Below are positions 59,272 to 64,000 of a DNA stretch of 64,000 nucleotides, piece after piece (within the stretch, counting starts at the first letter, position 1; the number at the start of each line of letters is the position of its first letter). The notes beneath the pieces are model-generated. The model made no database searches. It saw only the letters and a program-made list of their open reading frames with translations, and was not told where the DNA came from. The stretch spans positions 1,280,001 to 1,344,000 of the forward strand of contig OY968796.1 in NCBI GenBank assembly GCA_963695545.1. The letters run 5' to 3'. The translations under genes and the position numbers were made by a program. Source of the DNA: Terriglobia bacterium (lineage in GTDB: Bacteria > Acidobacteriota > Terriglobia > Acidiferrales > UBA7541).

Positions 59272-60120
59272 ATGAATCGCTTAACATTAAACAAAAGAGC
59301 GCAAGTGGTGAATGCCTTGGTTGAAGGAAACAGCATCCGGGCAACGGTAAGGCTAACCGGAGTCTGTAAGGATGCCGTTATCAAGCTGATTCGTGACTTC
59401 GGCAAGACCTGTGCGGACCACCACAATCGTGCCGTTCGTAACGTACATTCGCGCCGCGTGCAGTGCGATGAGGCATGGTCGTTCTGCTACGCGAAGGCTA
59501 AGAACGTTCCAGAAGAAAAGCTAGGAACGGGAGCCGGGGACGTGTGGACGTGGACCGCGATTGATGCCGATTCGAAATTGGTCCTGTCATACCTGTGCGG
59601 CGGACGGAGTGCGGAATGGGGTTATAAGTTCATGGAGGATTTAGCATCGCGAGTGTCCAGTCGCATCCAAATCACGACTGACGGTCATCGTGTCTACGCG
59701 GAGGCCGTCGAAGGTGCTTTTGGAATGGACGTGGACTACGCGATGCTCATAAAAGTCTACGGGAACGATGCTGCGCCAGATACGCGCTACAGCCCAGCCG
59801 AGTGTATTGGCATTCGCACCGCTGTCCTTGCGGGACGCCCGGACCCACGGCATATTTCTACGAGCTACGCGGAGAGGTTGAATCTCAATCTGAGAATGGG
59901 TATGCGAAGATTCACGCGCTTGACGAATGCCTTCTCCAAGAAATTCGAGAATCACTGTCACATGGTCGCAATCTATTTCGCGTACTACAATTTCTGCCGC
60001 ATCCACCAGACACTCAGGGTTACGCCAGCGATGGAGGCCGGATTAGCAGACCACGTTTGGAGTCTTGAAGAGTTGGTTGGTCTGTTGGAGGCCGAAGAGA
60101 AGATAGAAAGGGCGGCATGA
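59272..60120 (+). CDS. IS1-family DDE transposase (single ORF)
   Basis: N-terminal HTH (GNSIRATVRLTGV); QCDEAWSF, TTDGH and ERLN catalytic motifs; RLTNAFSKK and TPAMEAG. Confidence 0.9.
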   Translation: MNRLTLNKRAQVVNALVEGNSIRATVRLTGVCKDAVIKLIRDFGKTCADHHNRAVRNVHSRRVQCDEAWSFCYAKAKNVPEEKLGTGAGDVWTWTAIDADSKLVLSYLCGGRSAEWGYKFMEDLASRVSSRIQITTDGHRVYAEAVEGAFGMDVDYAMLIKVYGNDAAPDTRYSPAECIGIRTAVLAGRPDPRHISTSYAERLNLNLRMGMRRFTRLTNAFSKKFENHCHMVAIYFAYYNFCRIHQTLRVTPAMEAGLADHVWSLEELVGLLEAEEKIERAA

Positions 60121-60121
60121 A

Positions 60122-60367
60122 ATGAAAAACACGGTCGAAGTTGGAATGCTCATACTTGCGGTGATCGGCGCAGTTGGTGGAATATGGAATCGACTAAAGC
60201 TGAACAAAGGGATCGGCATTCGGTTTATTCAGTATCTAGGACTTACAGTGCTTGTCCCGCTTGTTGTGCTTTTGTCGCTAGAGGACAGAATCAGCCAGGA
60301 GATGACTGGAGCCATTGTTGCAACAGCCGTGGGGGCTGTCTTGGCCGGAATCGGAAAAGAAGAATGA
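60122..60367 (+). CDS. Small three-TM membrane protein (IS cargo)
   Basis: Three hydrophobic helices; starts directly after the transposase stop; its own stop overlaps the right TIR. Confidence 0.65.
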   Translation: MKNTVEVGMLILAVIGAVGGIWNRLKLNKGIGIRFIQYLGLTVLVPLVVLLSLEDRISQEMTGAIVATAVGAVLAGIGKEE

Positions 60368-60392
60368 AAACAGCCCACTACCCGGAAACGGT

Positions 60393-63023
60393 TCAGCCGC
60401 CCATTGCGTCGCTCTTCTGGTCGGAGGGTGTGCTGACAGGCGGACCGCCCCTGTTGTCACGCGGCCCGAGCGCGGCCACGGCGTCTTCGATTTTCTTCGC
60501 AATCTCGTGCGGCTCGCCTGGTTCCGGGAAATAGATGGGCTTGCCGACGTAAACCTGCACGCGGCCCGGCCGGTTCCATCGCGTGCCGGCCAGGCGAATC
60601 GCATAAAGCCCTTCGACGCGCATCGGCAGCACCGGCAAACGCAGATCATTCACGAGTAAACCGATGCCGGGACGAAATGTCTTCATCGTGCCATCCGGCG
60701 TTTCATCGCCTTCCGGAAAAATCAGGATACTGTAGCCCCGCTCAGCCAGGCTGGCCGCAAATCGAAAGCTATCGCGAAACAGCGCCGATTTCGGCAGCGG
60801 AAAAACGTTGAAGAGCGCGTACATCAGGTAGTACCCGATCTGCCAGAGCCAGCGCCTGAAGAAAAACCACTCCTTCGGCGGATGCCGCTGCTTCACCAGC
60901 CGCTCGCCCCACATCGCGGTGGCCATGCGGTAGCGCAGCCGCGGCGTCAGCGCCGCGAGCACGAAGCCCACGTCGTAGTCCATCTGGTGATTCGCGACGA
61001 TCAGCAGCGGCCCGCGCACGCCGCGCAGATTTTCCCGGCCGTAGACGCGCGGGTGCGCCATCAAGTGCGTGGCGGGCCAGGTCAGCATGCAATAAATCGC
61101 GGCGCGTATCCAGGTGATCGGCCAGCGCTGCGGCCAGCGTGAATAAACGAATTGGGGTTTCTCTCCCGCCGGCTTTGCTTCGCCGATTAATTTCTGTAAG
61201 TCCCCAACCGTGCGCGCTTCGGCAAATTTCGTTTGGTCCAGCTCCACCTGGTAGCGATCTTCGAGCGCGCCGAGTAATTCCACGCGGCCCAGCGAATCAA
61301 GGCCGAGAGCTTTCGCATCCGTGCCGTCAGGTCTCGCGGGTTCTGGCGCCGGAGCCGCGGTCGCGGTGCGCGCCCGGCCGACGATCTCACTCAAAATCGC
61401 TTCGGTCGCCTGACCGCTCACCCGTTGCTGCTTGCCGCTGATCGCGGCTTCGGCGGCACGGCGAATGGTGGCCGCCTGCGGCTTGCCAGTTCCGGTGCGC
61501 GGGAAATCGTTGTCGGGCCAAACCCACCATCGGCGGATGTGCTGAAATTCCGCGAGAGTCGCGTTGGCGCGTTCGACGACGGCCGCGGCATCCGCGGAAG
61601 AAGCACGCAGCAAGAGCACGGCAAACGGTTCGGCGTTTCCGCCATCTTCGAGGCCGAAGACCAGGCAATCCACCACTTCCGGCTGATGGCGCAGCGCGGC
61701 CTCCAGATCTGCGGGATAAACGTTCATTCCCGCCGGCGTAACGATCACGTCCTTGCTTCGCCCGCGAAAATACAGGCTGCCCTCGGCGTCCATCGAACCC
61801 AAATCCCCGGTGTGGTACCAACCCTCGTCGCCATCTGCCAGTGGATGCAGACCGGTCGCGTCCCAATATCCGGCAGCCACACTTTTCCCACGCACCAAAA
61901 TCTCGCCCTTCTCGTCCAATTTCACTTCGCGCCCATCCAAGATTTTCCCGATCGAGCCGCGCCCGATCTTGAACGGATGATTCACGCTCACAAGCGAAGT
62001 GGTCTCCGTCAATCCGTAGCCTTGAATCACGGCAAAGCCCAGGCGGTTCCAGAACTCCTCGGTTTCGGCGGGCAGCGCGGCTCCGCCCGAAAGAAACGCC
62101 CAGAATTTCCAGCCGAATCGCCGGTGAATTTTTCGGAATCGCCACATGTGCCAGATGAAGCGCTCCTTCGCTGCTTCGGCGTATTCGTGGCGGAATTTTT
62201 CGATCTGGCCGCCGGCCTCGATGTCGCGCTCGATCTTCGTCGCCAGACTTTCGATCACCCGCGGCACGGCGATCAGCAGGCTCACGCGCTCGTCATGGAT
62301 CGTGCGCAGGATTTCGGCCGGATTCAGCGAATCTCCGAAAACCACCGTGGCGCTGATCGACGAAGGAACGAACACGCCCATGAACTGGCCGAACACATGA
62401 CTCAGGGGCACGACGTTGAGGAATCGCAGCGGGTGGAAATAGCGCTCGTACTTCTTGTATTTCAGGATTTGGATTTCCAGCGGTTCGAGGTTCGCCAGAA
62501 TATTGCCGTGAGAGATCGCCACGCCCTTCGGCTCCGACGTCGTGCCGGAGGTAAACAAGATCTCCGCGATGGCCTCGCGATTGAGAGGCGGCGCGGGATA
62601 CGCCTGGCCCGAATGCCGCGCGAGGAGCGTCGTTAGATTTTCAAGCTCCAGGACATGCATCGCCGCGCTCGGCGGCAGAGACCGCTCATTCGAGATCACC
62701 GCAAGTCGCGCCTGCACCTGGCTTGCGACACGCGCGGCGAAATCCGGCGCGGCTGAAAAATCCATCGGCACCGCGACGGCGCCGCGCAGCAGGCATCCGG
62801 TGAACGCCGCCACCCATTCCGCCGAGTTCGGGCCCCAGAGGAAAACTCGGTCGCCCGCGCCGATGCCGCGCTCTTCGAGCTCCCGCGCAAATCGCGCCGC
62901 AGTCTCCCCAAGCTGCGCGTAGGTCCACCGGACGCGCCGGTATCCCTGTCGCTGGACGTATGCGATTTCGTTGCCGCGAGCGGCAAAACCGCCCACAAAT
63001 TCCGCAAGTGATTGGCGAGTCAT
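60393..63023 (-). CDS. Long-chain acyl-CoA synthetase - ACP - PlsC acyltransferase fusion
   Basis: FTSGTTSEPKG, QGYGLTE and YHTGDLG; LGLDSL phosphopantetheine site; NHQMDYD (HX4D) and IFPEG. Confidence 0.9.
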   Translation of the reverse strand: MTRQSLAEFVGGFAARGNEIAYVQRQGYRRVRWTYAQLGETAARFARELEERGIGAGDRVFLWGPNSAEWVAAFTGCLLRGAVAVPMDFSAAPDFAARVASQVQARLAVISNERSLPPSAAMHVLELENLTTLLARHSGQAYPAPPLNREAIAEILFTSGTTSEPKGVAISHGNILANLEPLEIQILKYKKYERYFHPLRFLNVVPLSHVFGQFMGVFVPSSISATVVFGDSLNPAEILRTIHDERVSLLIAVPRVIESLATKIERDIEAGGQIEKFRHEYAEAAKERFIWHMWRFRKIHRRFGWKFWAFLSGGAALPAETEEFWNRLGFAVIQGYGLTETTSLVSVNHPFKIGRGSIGKILDGREVKLDEKGEILVRGKSVAAGYWDATGLHPLADGDEGWYHTGDLGSMDAEGSLYFRGRSKDVIVTPAGMNVYPADLEAALRHQPEVVDCLVFGLEDGGNAEPFAVLLLRASSADAAAVVERANATLAEFQHIRRWWVWPDNDFPRTGTGKPQAATIRRAAEAAISGKQQRVSGQATEAILSEIVGRARTATAAPAPEPARPDGTDAKALGLDSLGRVELLGALEDRYQVELDQTKFAEARTVGDLQKLIGEAKPAGEKPQFVYSRWPQRWPITWIRAAIYCMLTWPATHLMAHPRVYGRENLRGVRGPLLIVANHQMDYDVGFVLAALTPRLRYRMATAMWGERLVKQRHPPKEWFFFRRWLWQIGYYLMYALFNVFPLPKSALFRDSFRFAASLAERGYSILIFPEGDETPDGTMKTFRPGIGLLVNDLRLPVLPMRVEGLYAIRLAGTRWNRPGRVQVYVGKPIYFPEPGEPHEIAKKIEDAVAALGPRDNRGGPPVSTPSDQKSDAMGG

Positions 63024-63487
63024 CTTCTTCCCGGCGTGTTCGGTGCCTACGTTTACACAGATGTAGCGCAGAAAACAAATCTTCTGCCCGTCTCAATCCG
63101 GATAACGCATGGCAAAATCGCACGCGCTCGTGGGTGGCCGCGACGGAATGCCTGTATCATGTTTATTATCAGCCGATTACGGCGTGGCCATAGTTTCGCG
63201 CGCGACCAACAAACCGGTATTCACGGCGTAGACTTCAGCACCCAATCGTGCTACAATTACTCGTCGTTTATTTCTCTTGTGTATATTTTACCCGTTCACC
63301 GCGTTGCACGCCCAAAGGGTAGTGCTCGATATCAGCAAGTACCCTAAGGGCTTACAGACCGGGAACGCTGCGAGCCTCTAGTTGAATGGAAGCGATTCCG
63401 GCGGACAGCCGGGCGCGCTTCTCCCAAGATAAGCCTTGCCGCTCTTTCGGTGCCATCCAGGCAGGCGCCGCCACCAAGGAGGTAGTT

Positions 63488-63715
63488 GTGCAGGTTCTAA
63501 TTACAGGACAGTGCATCAAGCACGAAATCTACGGCCTCGGCGTCATTACTGACTCCGATTCCGAACGCACCACCATCGACTTCGACGCGCACGGCACCAA
63601 GAAGTTCGTCACCACGCTGATGACCGCTGAGCTGGTCGGCGATGCGCCCACCAAGCCCGTGCGGCCCAAGCGCCGCTCTCGCCGCGCAGTTGCCGCGGTC
63701 GCCGCGAAAAGCTAA
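63488..63715 (+). CDS. Small protein resembling the PcrA/UvrD C-terminal Tudor-like domain
   Basis: AAGGAGG SD before GTG; GQCIKHEIYGLGVI...IDFDAHGTKKF pattern; basic tail. Confidence 0.65.
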   Translation: MQVLITGQCIKHEIYGLGVITDSDSERTTIDFDAHGTKKFVTTLMTAELVGDAPTKPVRPKRRSRRAVAAVAAKS

Positions 63716-63797
63716 CACCGCTCGCCCCTGTGATTTTTCTCGACGCCGTCTTCACGGGGGACGGGTGTGTTTAGATTCTGCGGCCCGCCTCCAGACC

Positions 63798-64000
63798 TCA
63801 TTTCGCGGGCGCTCCAGCGCTCTTCGCGGGAGTTGGCGGCGTGGCGGGGGGAGCGGCGGACTTCGCAGGCGCTGCTGCGGCTTTCTGCATCTGTTCGAGC
63901 GTCTGCGCGACGCTGTCCATTCCCGGCGCCACCATGTTCATTGAGCGGAATTGTTTGAAATCGCCTAGCGCGGTTTGAGCGAGCGTCTCGCCGGTGTCGC
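63798..64000 (-). CDS. 3' end of a hypothetical protein (truncated by window edge)
   Basis: Open frame DTGETLAQTALGDFKQFRSM...PAKSAGAPAK* with a Pro/Ala-rich tail. Confidence 0.55.
   Translation of the reverse strand, partial: DTGETLAQTALGDFKQFRSMNMVAPGMDSVAQTLEQMQKAAAAPAKSAAPPATPPTPAKSAGAPAK

Larger units (their letters stand above)
57559..60382 (+). mobile_element. IS1-family transposon carrying passenger genes (2,824 bp)
   Basis: Perfect 16-bp TIR ggtagtgggctgtttt (57559-57574 / 60367-60382); 8-bp TSD cggaaacg (57551-57558 / 60383-60390); DDE transposase; lower GC. Confidence 0.92.

Overview
High-GC bacterial chromosome segment, most consistent with Acidobacteriota (inferred from gene content, a TonB receptor with an N-terminal carboxypeptidase-regulatory-like domain, and the style of intergenic repeats). 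1-11.4 kb is housekeeping: parA-parB-bactofilin, jag/yidC/yidD/rnpA/rpmH, ffh, rpsP-khpA-rimM-trmD. 11.5-29.8 kb holds mixed metabolic genes: tRNA-Leu(CAG), aguB-aguA, rnr, fabV, an ECF sigma factor and two APC permeases. Three accessory blocks stand out. (i) A ~4.1 kb integrase-less islet at tRNA-Val(GAC), bounded by a perfect 45-bp att duplication. It carries a repeat-amplified beta-propeller lipoprotein, a 41-aa lipoprotein missed by the ORF track, and a divergent LuxR-HTH-like regulator. (ii) A ~15 kb ROK-regulated carbohydrate utilisation locus with two matching 25-bp operators. (iii) A 2,824-bp IS1-family cargo transposon with perfect 16-bp TIRs, an 8-bp TSD and four passenger genes; a candidate operator is shared by the transposase promoter and a small basic protein gene. 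A hidden promoter cassette (TATTCGAATA palindrome, extended -10, leaderless ATG) occurs twice, 11 kb apart, and one copy points into an AAACAAAG palindromic repeat array. The window also holds an RND efflux operon, an M13 peptidase, an acyl-CoA synthetase-ACP-acyltransferase fusion and a stand-alone Tudor-like ORF with a long structured leader. All calls come from motif recognition by eye; no database searches were run.
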